Source: Terracidiphilus sp. (GTDB taxonomy: Bacteria > Acidobacteriota > Terriglobia > Terriglobales > Acidobacteriaceae). Taken from it: a stretch of DNA of 64,000 bases. Shown piece after piece: positions 52,341 through 62,389 of this stretch. Numbering within the stretch: the stretch's first letter is position 1; each line of letters starts with the position of its first letter. Below the pieces are notes generated by a model, which ran no database searches, was not told the DNA's origin, and saw nothing but the letters and a program-made list of their open reading frames with translations. The translations under genes were made by a program, and so were the position numbers. The stretch spans positions 3,095 to 67,094 of the forward strand of contig JBEKVS010000004.1 of NCBI GenBank assembly GCA_049513795.1, in the 5' to 3' direction.

Positions 52341-55300
52341 ATGCGGAAGCTTTTGGTTTGCGTGATGCTTTCAGGATTTTCTCTACCACTTTTTCCGGCC
52401 AATCGCATGACCGTCGAGCAGTTGGAACAGGTCTTGGCCGGAGCGAAGACCAAGGCGGATTCCGACCTGGCCCGACAACTGGCAGGGATGGAGCTCACCG
52501 AACGGCTCAGCTCGGCGCGGCTCGAACAGCTTCGCGTGAATCTTCCCGGTGAGAGATCGCAACATGCCTTGATCGCGCTGGCCGACACGTCGGCCTTCCT
52601 CGAGCCGCCCTCCGCGGACATCCCTGCGACCGCGACACCGGACGCCGCAGCGCAACGCCGCATGATGGCCCAAACCGTCAACTATCTCGGCAAGAGTCTT
52701 CCCCTGCTGCCGAACCTTTTTGCGGCGCGCGATACGATGCGGTTCGAAACGCGACCCGACGCGGCAGGAATGGGTGCCGAGAATCCGCTGCGCGAAGCGG
52801 GCAAAACTAGGGTTACGGTGCTTTATCGAAATGGCCGCGAGTTCGTCGATGCAGGTGCGGACAAGAACCAGAAGGCGCACGCTCCCGACAAAGGGCTTAC
52901 CACCTGGGGGGAATTTGGACCCATTCTCGGCACGGTGCTGATCGATGCTGCCCATAGCCGCCTGACATGGAGCCACTGGGAACTGGCCGGATCGGGGCCT
53001 GAGGCAGTTTTCAAGTACACAGTGCCAAAAGAGAAATCTCATTATGACGTGCGCTTCTGCTGCATTGCGGAGTCGTACGGCTTTGAGGTCAGCCAACTCA
53101 CGCAACGAGTCGGCTATCACGGCGAGATCACGGTCGACCCCGACACCGGCACCATTCTGCGTCTGACTGTGCTGGCGGATGTTCCGGCCGGGAATCCGAT
53201 TGGGAGGGCGGACATCGCCGTCGAATACGGGCCTACGCAAATCGGCGGCAGAACCTATTTCTGCCCCACGCGCGGCATCGCGCTGGCCCAATCACCGGAT
53301 CTGAAAACCCTGGGCAAGGCCTTTGCGGTTGCGCCTGCGGCTGGGAACGACGCTGCAAATCTACCCAACTTTGAGAAGGCGAGTCTCTCCGCAGTCACCC
53401 AGAGCCCGAGGCAGACACTGCTCAACGATGTCGCCTTTCGCGAGTTTCATCTCTTCCGGTCGGAGTCCAAAGTGATCGCCGGGAAGGAAGCTGCTGCGGG
53501 CAATGAAGCTGCTGCATCCGCGCTTCCCTCATCTCCCATCGTCGCGACTGAGAACGAGCCGGCGGAAAAGCCTGCCGAGGATACGGCCATTGAGAGCAGC
53601 ACGCTGGCGCCGCAACCGTCTACGCTGGCTGCGGTAGCTGCTGCCGAGCCTGCGACTGGCCCCGCGCCCGATCCGGTCATTCCAGAGATTACGGTTGCAA
53701 ACGAGGCCGGGCTTCCCAACATTCCGGACGTCGCCCAAGCCGGCTCTGAGTCGGCTGTGACCCTTCGTGTAAATGCCCGCCTGGTCGATGTGCCGCTTGT
53801 CGCTTTGGACAAGAAGGGACGGCCGATCACCAACCTCAAGCCGGAAGAGCTTGAGGTCTTCGACAATGGCGCCAAGGCAAGTCTGCATTCCTTTTCCCCA
53901 GCCGAAGGCGCGCCGGCGCAGGCGACTCCTTCAGCAGCCTCCCAGGAATACCCTTCCGCTTCCGACTCACACGCCTTTTCCAACCACGCCACGAACGCGG
54001 CTTCGTCTACGAAGCGCGAACAGCAAGGCAACACGATTATTCTGCTCATCGACAGCAACCTGTCGTTTGACGATTTGTCCAACGTTCGCGAGCAGATGCG
54101 CACGTTTCTCAAGGGGCTGGAAGACAGCGTGCCGGTGGCGCTTTACGTGATGCGCGTGGGCGGATTCCAGATTCTGAAGGATGCGACCAGCGATCATGCC
54201 CTGCTCGCCGAAACGCTGATGAAGTGGACGCCGAGTGCGGAGAACCTCTCTCTGGGCCAGGAGCAGGAGGCGCGCAATCGCCAGTCAATGGAATACGTCC
54301 ATAGCACGGAGGATTTGCTCAACGTCAACGGAAACCGGCAGATCGACTCAACCAGCAACCAGACTGCCACCGATCCGCAGCTTCGCACCCTGGGCGACAA
54401 TCCTGGCCGCGACGCGCTTTCCGGCCTCGTAAATGTTGCGCGGCAATTGGGCGCCATTCCGGGGCACAAGAGCCTGGTGTGGATCGCCAGCGACAACGTT
54501 CTTGCCGACTGGACCAACGGCTCGCTCAACATCGACAAGGGCGACCGCGTGATTCAGGCTTCGGTCTTGCGGGCGCAGGAGGCCATGAACGACGCGCATG
54601 TGAGCGTGTATCCGCTCGACACTTCGCGGCTTGAGGCCGGAGGCATCGATGCCAGTATCGCCGAGCGGAACGTAATGCTCAACCCCACGGCCACCGCGAA
54701 CCAGGTCGGCGGCGCCCCCGGCTCCGGCACCTCCGGCTGCGGTCTCGTCAGCATGCCAGGCCCCGGCCATACGACATCCTCGGAGCTGACCAACGGTGGA
54801 GACATCGATACCTGTGGCAGCGACATGCGCCCCGGCCGCGTAACGGCCCAAATGCAGCAGGACCTGCATTCCATCCAGGGCGTCTATCGCGAATTGGCCG
54901 ATGCCACCGGAGGCCGCACCTTCCGCCGCGCCAGCGACATGGTCTCAGAGTTCAAGAGCGTGGTGGATGACGGCCGCGCCACTTATCTGCTGAGCTTTAC
55001 TCCCTCTTCTATCGCTGATGACAAGTACCACCTCATCAGCGTTCGGCTCGCGGGACGAAAAGACGTGAAGCTGCGTTATCGCACCGGATTCTTTTACCGC
55101 CAGGAACCCACAACCTTCAAAGATCGTTTTCGCAAAGCTGTGCTGGACCCGGAAGATATGACCGAAATCAACCTCACCGCAGATCTGTTGCCGGCCTCGA
55201 ATGGCCACACGGTGAAGCTCGGCATCGGCGCGGCAGACCTTGCGTTGGCCCAGACGGACGCATTGTGGACCGACAAGCTGGACGTGTTCCTGGTGCAGCG

Positions 55301-55520
55301 CGAGGTGTCGGGGACAAAGGCCAGTGTGACCGGACAAACAATGGGGCTGCGCTTGAAGCCCGCCAGCTATCAGCAATATTTGCGCGAGGGAGTTCCCTTC
55401 AACCAGATTGTCGAGTTGGCGCCCGGTGTCGGCTCGGTTCGCCTGGTGGTGGTGGACGAGAACTCCGGGCGCATGGGATCGATCACCATTCCGGCATCGC
55501 GTTTCGCAGCAAAGCCTTGA
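52341..55520 (+). CDS. Large secreted multidomain VWA protein, paralogue 2
   Basis: Same architecture and shared blocks (MTVEQLEQVL, KEKSHY, PGHKSLVWIASDNVLADW, VVVDENSGRMG). Confidence 0.85.
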   Translation: MRKLLVCVMLSGFSLPLFPANRMTVEQLEQVLAGAKTKADSDLARQLAGMELTERLSSARLEQLRVNLPGERSQHALIALADTSAFLEPPSADIPATATPDAAAQRRMMAQTVNYLGKSLPLLPNLFAARDTMRFETRPDAAGMGAENPLREAGKTRVTVLYRNGREFVDAGADKNQKAHAPDKGLTTWGEFGPILGTVLIDAAHSRLTWSHWELAGSGPEAVFKYTVPKEKSHYDVRFCCIAESYGFEVSQLTQRVGYHGEITVDPDTGTILRLTVLADVPAGNPIGRADIAVEYGPTQIGGRTYFCPTRGIALAQSPDLKTLGKAFAVAPAAGNDAANLPNFEKASLSAVTQSPRQTLLNDVAFREFHLFRSESKVIAGKEAAAGNEAAASALPSSPIVATENEPAEKPAEDTAIESSTLAPQPSTLAAVAAAEPATGPAPDPVIPEITVANEAGLPNIPDVAQAGSESAVTLRVNARLVDVPLVALDKKGRPITNLKPEELEVFDNGAKASLHSFSPAEGAPAQATPSAASQEYPSASDSHAFSNHATNAASSTKREQQGNTIILLIDSNLSFDDLSNVREQMRTFLKGLEDSVPVALYVMRVGGFQILKDATSDHALLAETLMKWTPSAENLSLGQEQEARNRQSMEYVHSTEDLLNVNGNRQIDSTSNQTATDPQLRTLGDNPGRDALSGLVNVARQLGAIPGHKSLVWIASDNVLADWTNGSLNIDKGDRVIQASVLRAQEAMNDAHVSVYPLDTSRLEAGGIDASIAERNVMLNPTATANQVGGAPGSGTSGCGLVSMPGPGHTTSSELTNGGDIDTCGSDMRPGRVTAQMQQDLHSIQGVYRELADATGGRTFRRASDMVSEFKSVVDDGRATYLLSFTPSSIADDKYHLISVRLAGRKDVKLRYRTGFFYRQEPTTFKDRFRKAVLDPEDMTEINLTADLLPASNGHTVKLGIGAADLALAQTDALWTDKLDVFLVQREVSGTKASVTGQTMGLRLKPASYQQYLREGVPFNQIVELAPGVGSVRLVVVDENSGRMGSITIPASRFAAKP

Positions 55521-55543
55521 TGATGCGGGCTGTGCGACTGGAT

Positions 55544-57124
55544 TTACTGGCACCACTGGTTGAATGCGCCGGCCCTTACTGCGGCGGCTAATGCGTCGAC
55601 ATCCGTAGAGAGCACCCGGTCTTGTTCCAAACGCGGAACCACCGAGCGAACCGCATCATAGATGCCCTCGATTTCGTAGCTCGACTTAAGCGGTCTGCGG
55701 AACTCGAGGCCCTGCGCCGCGCACATCAACTCGATGGCAACGATGCGCTCCGCGTGCTCCACAATCTGGCGTAGCTTGATAGCTCCAGTCATGCCCATGG
55801 ATACGTGGTCCTCTTTGCCACCGTCAGTGGGAATGCTGCCGGTGGATGAGGGATGGGAAAGTACCTGGCACTCGTTGATCAATGCCGCGGCGACAATCTG
55901 GGCAATCATGAATCCCGAGGAAAGACCGGGATCGGGCGACAAAAAAGCCGGAAGACCCTCGTTAATGTCCGGATTGAGCAGACGGTCGATGCGACGCTCC
56001 ATGATGCTGGCCAGATCCGTAAGCGCAATGGCTGCATAGTCGAATGCGTAGGCGAGAGGTGCGCCATGGAAATTCCCGCCGGAGAGAACTTCCCCCTGGC
56101 TCGGAAATATGGGACTCGGCATTGCAGGATCGGGCGTTTTGGGTTGCGCGGCTATGGAGGTTTGCGAAGGAAATACCAGCGGATTATCGGTAGCCGAGCC
56201 GGTTTCGATCTCCAGGACACTTTGCACGTGGCGAAGTACATCGCGAACAGCGCCATGCACCTGGGGCATGCAGCGCAGGCAATAGGCATCCTGCACACGC
56301 GAATCGTGCTCGCGGTGGGCTTCGCGGATTTCCGAGCCCGCCATGAGCTTGAGCAGATGCTGCGCAGAAGCCGTTTGCCCCAGGTGAGGCCGCGCCTCGT
56401 GAATACGCGCATCGAAAGCGGCGGGCGTACCCATAAGGGCTTCGAGCGCCATGGCTCCCGCGGCGTCGGCAAGTTGCGTAACCCGCAGGCCGCGCGCAAC
56501 GGCCAGAGCGCCCACGGCGGTCATAGCTTGGGTCCCGTTCAGCAACGCCAGCCCCTCTTTGGCAGCAAGACCCAGGGGCTTTAGACCGGCGCGGCGCAAC
56601 GCTTCGCCTCCGGTCATGCGTTCGCCCTTGAAAAAGGCTTGGCCCTCGCCGATGACCACCAGGGCCAAATGCGCAAGCGGAGCCAAATCGCCGCTCGCGC
56701 CCACCGAACCCTTCTCCGGGATCACGGGATGCACACCCGCATTGAGCAACGCGACTAGCAGTTCTACGAGTTCGACGCGGCAGCCGCTGAAACCTTTCAC
56801 CAAAACATTGGCACGCAACAGAAGCATGGCGCGCGCCTCGGCTTCCGCAAGCGGCTGCCCAACGCCGCCCGCGTGGCTGCGCACCAGGTTGGTCTGCAAC
56901 TGAGCCAGGCTGCCCGAAGGGATGCGAACGTCAGACAGCTTGCCGAACCCGGTGTTGACTCCATAGACCGTCTGGCCAACGGCGAGGATCTGCTCAATCA
57001 GTTCCCTGCTTGCAGCCACACGCCTCAACGCTGGCTGAGAGATGCTTACTTGCCGGCCTTTGAGCGAGACGGATTCAATCTCGGCCAGTGTTAGAGGGCG
57101 ACCATCGATAATCAACAATTCCAT
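55544..57124 (-). CDS. hutH: Histidine ammonia-lyase
   Basis: VYGVNTGFG, LVRSH, GSVGASGDLAPL (MIO-forming ASG), KEGLALLNGT, QDAYCLRC, GGNFHG, EDHVSM. Confidence 0.95.
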   Translation of the reverse strand: MELLIIDGRPLTLAEIESVSLKGRQVSISQPALRRVAASRELIEQILAVGQTVYGVNTGFGKLSDVRIPSGSLAQLQTNLVRSHAGGVGQPLAEAEARAMLLLRANVLVKGFSGCRVELVELLVALLNAGVHPVIPEKGSVGASGDLAPLAHLALVVIGEGQAFFKGERMTGGEALRRAGLKPLGLAAKEGLALLNGTQAMTAVGALAVARGLRVTQLADAAGAMALEALMGTPAAFDARIHEARPHLGQTASAQHLLKLMAGSEIREAHREHDSRVQDAYCLRCMPQVHGAVRDVLRHVQSVLEIETGSATDNPLVFPSQTSIAAQPKTPDPAMPSPIFPSQGEVLSGGNFHGAPLAYAFDYAAIALTDLASIMERRIDRLLNPDINEGLPAFLSPDPGLSSGFMIAQIVAAALINECQVLSHPSSTGSIPTDGGKEDHVSMGMTGAIKLRQIVEHAERIVAIELMCAAQGLEFRRPLKSSYEIEGIYDAVRSVVPRLEQDRVLSTDVDALAAAVRAGAFNQWCQ

Positions 57125-57201
57125 GCCCCCGATACTAAGTTATAGTGGTATGGCTTGGCATCCGCCATCCTGTCCGCATCGTTTTCGGAGACTCCGTCGC
57201 C

Positions 57202-58281
57202 ATGTCCATCACCCGCAGAGATTTCGCCAAGTTCGGAACACTCAGCCTTGCAGCCCGCTTCACACCCCAGCTAATCGGGCAGACGCCCAAGAAGACCGGC
57301 TATGCCGTCATCGGCCTGGGCCGCATCGCCGGCCATTTCATGCCCGGCTCACGCTCAACAACCAACTCGCAAATTACTGCGCTGGTGAGCGGGCATCGGG
57401 ACAAGGCAGACCGCCTCGCTGCCGAATATGGAATACCTGCGAGTTCGATCTATAACTACGATAACTTCGACCAGATTGCCGCAAATCCCAACGTCGACGC
57501 GGTCTACGTGGCGCTGCCGAACTCCATGCACGCCGAGTACACCATGCGCGCCGCGAAAGCGGGCAAGCACGTGTTGTGCGAGAAGCCCATGGCTACCAAT
57601 GTGGCCGACTGCGAGCAAATGATCGCCGCTTGCAAGGCTACCAACGTGAAGCTCATGATCGCCTACAGATGCCACTACGAGCCGACAAATCTGCGTGCGA
57701 TCAAGCTCATCCGCGATGGCGGAATCGGCCAGGTTCAAGCCATAGAAAGCTCTTTCGGGTTCAACATGGGCCCGAACGAATGGCGCACAAACAAGAAACT
57801 CGCCGGCGGAGGACCGCTGTTCGACGTGGGCATTTATTCGCTCAACGCGTGCCGCTATCTAACCGGCGAAGAGCCGGAACACATCTCCGCGTATGCCTCA
57901 ACCAACGACCACGACGCTCGCTTCGCCGAAGTCGAAGAGAATACTTCCTGGACCATGCGCTTCCCTTCCGGAGTGCTTGCTACCTGCAACACGACTTATG
58001 GCGCGAACATGCCGGGCTACTATCATGTCTACGGATCGAAAGGCTGGCTGCAGGTGGATCAGGCTTTTGTGTACGAAGGCCTGCACCTGCGCGGTTTTGT
58101 CGACGGCAAAGACATTGACGAGCCCAACCCGGCCCGCGACCCATCGCACTTTCAGGCGGAAGCGGAACATTTTTCGCATTGTGTGCAAAACAACCTGGAG
58201 CCCCAGTCGCCGGGCGAAGAAGGCCTGCGAGACATGACCTACATCACACAGATTTATAAGTCTGCTGGGATCGCGATCTGA
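57202..58281 (+). CDS. Tat-exported Gfo/Idh/MocA oxidoreductase (glucose-fructose oxidoreductase-like)
   Basis: MSITRRDFAK twin-arginine signal; GLGRIA; KHVLCEKPMA; DVGIY. Confidence 0.88.
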   Translation: MSITRRDFAKFGTLSLAARFTPQLIGQTPKKTGYAVIGLGRIAGHFMPGSRSTTNSQITALVSGHRDKADRLAAEYGIPASSIYNYDNFDQIAANPNVDAVYVALPNSMHAEYTMRAAKAGKHVLCEKPMATNVADCEQMIAACKATNVKLMIAYRCHYEPTNLRAIKLIRDGGIGQVQAIESSFGFNMGPNEWRTNKKLAGGGPLFDVGIYSLNACRYLTGEEPEHISAYASTNDHDARFAEVEENTSWTMRFPSGVLATCNTTYGANMPGYYHVYGSKGWLQVDQAFVYEGLHLRGFVDGKDIDEPNPARDPSHFQAEAEHFSHCVQNNLEPQSPGEEGLRDMTYITQIYKSAGIAI

Positions 58282-58293
58282 AGTGCCCCATGA

Positions 58294-60045
58294 ATGTTGT
58301 GGCTTGCGGAATGGACAGTTGAGCCTTCCGTGATCGTGCACCTGCGGTATACTGCTGGCTCAAACGCTCACACATTCGGAGGCCCGTCTTTGAATTTCCC
58401 CAAATGCTTGCAAATTAGATTTTTCAGCGCCTTGCTCGTGGTATTGATCGGGGCGCATGGCGCCTTTGCTCAAGACAAGCCGGATTCAAAGCCGGATGGA
58501 AAGAAAGATGCGGAAGCAAAATCATCGCCCATGCCTGCGCCTCACCCTGATTCAGAAACCGAGGGCTCGATCACTGTCGAGGGCCAGGCCATAGCTTACC
58601 GTGCCGTTGCCGGAACCCTGACCGTTGGTTCAAACGACGTGCAGGATGCGACGATTGGCCTGGACGGCAAATATCTTTCGGATGCCGGTGTCGACCTGCC
58701 CGCGAAGCCTGAGGATCAGCCTGCAACGGCGCGAATTTTCTACGCGGCCTATTTCAAGAAAGGCGCCGCGAGCGGGTCACGGCCCATCACATTTCTCTAC
58801 AACGGCGGCCCCGGAAGCGCAACCATGTTTCTGCACATGGGAGCCTTCGGTCCAAAGCGGGTTGTAACTCCCGATGGCGAGCATCAGGAGGGCGCGCCTT
58901 ATCCATTGGTGGAGAACCAATACAGCCTGCTCGATGTTAGCGATCTTGTCTTCATCGACGCGCCGGGAACGGGTTTCAGCCGCGTGCTGGGCAAAGATGC
59001 GGGCAAGGCGTTTTGGGGCACAGACGAAGACGCGCATGCCTTCGATCGTTTCATTCGCCGCTTTCTCACGAAGTACGATCGTTGGAATTCGCCCAAGTAT
59101 ATTTTTGGCGAGAGTTATGGGACCACACGCAGCGCAGTGCTAAGCCGTATGCTGCAAGGCGTAGACCTGAACGGCGTGATTTTGTTATCGCAGATCTTCA
59201 GCTTTGACAACAGCGCCGATGGTCCGGAGACCAATCCCGGAATCGACCAGCCCTATTACCTTGCACTGCCGTCGATGGCCGCCACTGCCTGGTATCACCA
59301 TCGCCTGGCAAATCGGCCAGCGGAGTTGGAGCCATTTCTGCGCGAGGTGGAGCAGTTCAGCCTGGGTGAATATGCAACTGCACTCTTGCAAGGAGCGGAT
59401 CTACCGGAGGACCGCAAACATGCGCTGGCGGATAAGCTTCAGAGTTATACCGGGCTGCCTGCGGCGTATTGGATCAAGGCCAATCTGCGCGTAAGCGGCG
59501 GAGAATTCTCAAAAGAGCTGCAATCGACGTCGGGAATTACTACGGGCCGCCTCGACACACGCTATGAAGGCCCTGACATGGACCCGTTCAGCAAAGAAGC
59601 TGGATACGACCCGTTCAGCATTGCGACACAGTCCGCTTTCGTAACGGCGATCAACCAATACGCTCGCGAGAATCTTAAATTCGGCGAAGACATGACTTAC
59701 AAACCAAGCGCGCGCCAACCAGACTTTCACTGGAACCTGAGCCACAATCCGCCGGGCGTTCAGTATTCGGAATCAGGCGTGAATGTGATGCCGGACCTGG
59801 CGGCAGCCATGAAGCGGAATCCGAAGTTGAAAGTATTGCTCATGGGCGGATACTTCGACCTTGGTTGCACTTACTTCGGCGCCACTTACGAAATGAAACA
59901 CCTGCCAATCCCGCAGAACTTGCAGGCTAACATCAGTTACCACTTCTTTCAGACAGGCCACATGGTCTATGTCAACGAGGCGGCATTGAAGGGTCTGCAC
60001 GACCAGACCGCAGAGTTCATTCGCGGTACGGAAGGTTCGCACTAA
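58294..60045 (+). CDS. Secreted S10 serine carboxypeptidase (start probably TTG at 58390)
   Basis: FLYNGGPGS, FIDAPGTGFS, GESYGTTR, GYFDL, GHMVY. Confidence 0.92.
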   Translation: MLWLAEWTVEPSVIVHLRYTAGSNAHTFGGPSLNFPKCLQIRFFSALLVVLIGAHGAFAQDKPDSKPDGKKDAEAKSSPMPAPHPDSETEGSITVEGQAIAYRAVAGTLTVGSNDVQDATIGLDGKYLSDAGVDLPAKPEDQPATARIFYAAYFKKGAASGSRPITFLYNGGPGSATMFLHMGAFGPKRVVTPDGEHQEGAPYPLVENQYSLLDVSDLVFIDAPGTGFSRVLGKDAGKAFWGTDEDAHAFDRFIRRFLTKYDRWNSPKYIFGESYGTTRSAVLSRMLQGVDLNGVILLSQIFSFDNSADGPETNPGIDQPYYLALPSMAATAWYHHRLANRPAELEPFLREVEQFSLGEYATALLQGADLPEDRKHALADKLQSYTGLPAAYWIKANLRVSGGEFSKELQSTSGITTGRLDTRYEGPDMDPFSKEAGYDPFSIATQSAFVTAINQYARENLKFGEDMTYKPSARQPDFHWNLSHNPPGVQYSESGVNVMPDLAAAMKRNPKLKVLLMGGYFDLGCTYFGATYEMKHLPIPQNLQANISYHFFQTGHMVYVNEAALKGLHDQTAEFIRGTEGSH

Positions 60046-60072
60046 GTATCCGACTGCGAAGACTTATGCTGT

Positions 60073-60101
60073 CCAGGCCTCGCCATCGAGACCTGGGGCA
60101 C
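60073..60101. repeat. REP-like palindrome with GTGCCCC foot between convergent genes
   Basis: CCAGG-c-CTCG-ccat-CGAG-a-CCTGG followed by GGCAC. Confidence 0.55.
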
Positions 60102-60124
60102 TTGGCAGTCGCTTACTTTCCGGA

Positions 60125-61180
60125 CTAAGTCAATCCGAGTATCTTTTTGTTCTTCTCCGCGTCCGTGCCGGCACCCGCAAAATCGTCAAAGGCGCGATCG
60201 GTGACGCGAATAATCTTTTCCTTGATGAATTTTGCGCCTTCGGCCGCGCCGGCTTCGGGATGCTTGATGCAGCACTCCCACTCCAGCACCGCCCAGCCGG
60301 GATAGTCGTACTGCGCCATTTTAGAAAAGATGGAGTTGAAGTCGATCTGGCCATCGCCAAGCGAACGGAAACGGCCCGGGCGGTCGATCCAATCCTGATA
60401 GCCGCCGTAGACGCCGCTGCTGGCACTGGGCCGGTATTCGGCGTCTTTGACGTGGAAGGCCCGGACGCGATCATGATAGAGATCGAGAAAGCCAAGATAG
60501 TCCATTTGCTGCAGGATCATATGACTCGGATCGTAGAGAATGTTGGCGCGTTTGTGGCCATTGACGGCAGTCAGAAATCGCTCGAAAGTTACGCCGTCAT
60601 GCAGGTCTTCACCGGGATGTAACTCGTAGCAGACGTCGACGCCGACTTCGTCAAAGGCATTGAGAATCGGCATCCACCGCTTCGCTAACTCCGCGAACGC
60701 TTCATCGATAAGGCCCGCCGGGCGCTGCGGCCAGGGGTAGAAGAACGGCCATGCCAGTGCGCCGGAAAAGGTCGCATGCGCGGTCAATCCCAGGCGCTTG
60801 CTGGCTTGCGCCGCATAGAGCAATTGCTGCACTGCCCACGCCTGGCGGCCCTTCTTGTCTTCTTTCAATGCAGGAGGTGCGAAATCGGCAAAGGCGGCAT
60901 CGTAGGCCGGATGTGTGGCTACTAACTGGCCCTGAAGATGAGTGGATAGCTCGGTAACCTCGAGTCCAGCTTGACGGACAACTCCTTGTAACTCGTCGCA
61001 ATAACTCTGACTTTCAGCAGCTTGCTTCAAGTCGAAGAGTCTTGCATCCCAACTAGGAATCTGCACGCCTACAAATCCCAGGCCCGACGCCCATTGCGCC
61101 ATGCCGGCCAGCGTGTTGAATGGCGCCGCATCTCCTGCAAATTGCGCCAGAAAAATTGCCGGCCCTTTGATCGTTTTCAT
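60125..61180 (-). CDS. Xylose-isomerase-like TIM-barrel sugar isomerase/epimerase/lyase
   Basis: MKTIKGPAIFLAQF; metal ligands in YELHPGEDLHD, YDPSH, FHVKDAE, VLEWEC. Confidence 0.88.
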   Translation of the reverse strand: MKTIKGPAIFLAQFAGDAAPFNTLAGMAQWASGLGFVGVQIPSWDARLFDLKQAAESQSYCDELQGVVRQAGLEVTELSTHLQGQLVATHPAYDAAFADFAPPALKEDKKGRQAWAVQQLLYAAQASKRLGLTAHATFSGALAWPFFYPWPQRPAGLIDEAFAELAKRWMPILNAFDEVGVDVCYELHPGEDLHDGVTFERFLTAVNGHKRANILYDPSHMILQQMDYLGFLDLYHDRVRAFHVKDAEYRPSASSGVYGGYQDWIDRPGRFRSLGDGQIDFNSIFSKMAQYDYPGWAVLEWECCIKHPEAGAAEGAKFIKEKIIRVTDRAFDDFAGAGTDAEKNKKILGLT

Positions 61181-61210
61181 GCTCTCCCCCTTCTGTAGCG
61201 AATCTAAATG

Positions 61211-62350
61211 CTAGAACTCAACCCAGGATTCTGATGTATTACTCTCAATTGCCCGCTCAATGAATCGCATCCCACGGACCCCGGCCTCGATTCCCGGAAG
61301 AGTAGCAGGCATTGCATTCGACTCGCCCTTGCGCCAACCGACAAGCGTGTCGGCGAACTCCCGGTACAACACTGCGAAGGCCTCGATATATCCCTCCGGA
61401 TGCCCGCCGGGAAGCCGTGTCACTGCACGAGCATCGGCGCTCAGATAGCCCGCTGATGCGTGGCGAATTTCCTCGGGGCCATCTTGCCACTTGACGCGAA
61501 GCCGGTTTGGATCTTGCTGCTGCCAATCGATTGAACCCTTGTCACCGTAAACGCGCAAACGCAGGCTATTTCCTTCACCTGCGGCAACTTGGGAAGCCAT
61601 TAGGGTCCCAGTTGCACCGTTGTCCAGTCGCAGCATCGCATTGCAATCGTCGTCGAGTTTGCGGTGCGGGACGACGCTGCGCAAGGCGGCGTTTATTGCT
61701 GTTACTTTCAGGCCGGTTACGTACTCGGTAAGATGAAACGCGTGCGTGCCGATGTCTCCGATGCAGCCGCCGGGCCCATTCAGCACGGGATCGGAACGCC
61801 AGGCCGCTTGCTTCTGCCCGGTCTGCTCCAAGGGGGAACTCAGCCATCCTTGCAGGTATTCAACGGCGACCTTACGGATGGGGCCGATCGAACCCGCCGC
61901 GCATATGGCCCGCGCTTCGCGCACCAGTGAATAGCCGGCATAGGTATGGGTCAAGCCGTAGGGCAAACCGGCCTTGGCCACCACCTTCTCGAGCGTCAAC
62001 ACTTCGTCATACAATGCCGTGGCCGGCTTGTCGCTCATCACAGCGATGCCGGCGGCAAGCGCCGCTTCTGCGACTGGCAGATGGAGGTGATTCGGCGTTG
62101 CGATGACTACGAAGTCAATTCCATCTTCGCGCTTGCTTTCGGCGCTCATCATTTCCTGATAACTCGAGTAGGCTCGGCTGGAATCGATTCCGAAACTCAC
62201 ACCGGCAGCGCGGGAGCGCTCAGCGGATTGCGAAAATGCCCCTGCGGTGAGTTGGATTTTCCCGTCTAACTCAGCTGCCATCTTGTGTACAGGCCCGATG
62301 AATGCCCCAGGGCCACCACCGACCATTCCCATTCTCAGCTTTCGGCTCAT
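61211..62350 (-). CDS. Gfo/Idh/MocA family oxidoreductase
   Basis: GMVGGGPGAFIGPVH, TPNHLH, SDKP, GDIGTHA, PGGHPEGY. Confidence 0.9.
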   Translation of the reverse strand: MSRKLRMGMVGGGPGAFIGPVHKMAAELDGKIQLTAGAFSQSAERSRAAGVSFGIDSSRAYSSYQEMMSAESKREDGIDFVVIATPNHLHLPVAEAALAAGIAVMSDKPATALYDEVLTLEKVVAKAGLPYGLTHTYAGYSLVREARAICAAGSIGPIRKVAVEYLQGWLSSPLEQTGQKQAAWRSDPVLNGPGGCIGDIGTHAFHLTEYVTGLKVTAINAALRSVVPHRKLDDDCNAMLRLDNGATGTLMASQVAAGEGNSLRLRVYGDKGSIDWQQQDPNRLRVKWQDGPEEIRHASAGYLSADARAVTRLPGGHPEGYIEAFAVLYREFADTLVGWRKGESNAMPATLPGIEAGVRGMRFIERAIESNTSESWVEF

Positions 62351-62389
62351 CGTCTTTGCTCCTGTTTATGACTTTACGACATCAATTGC

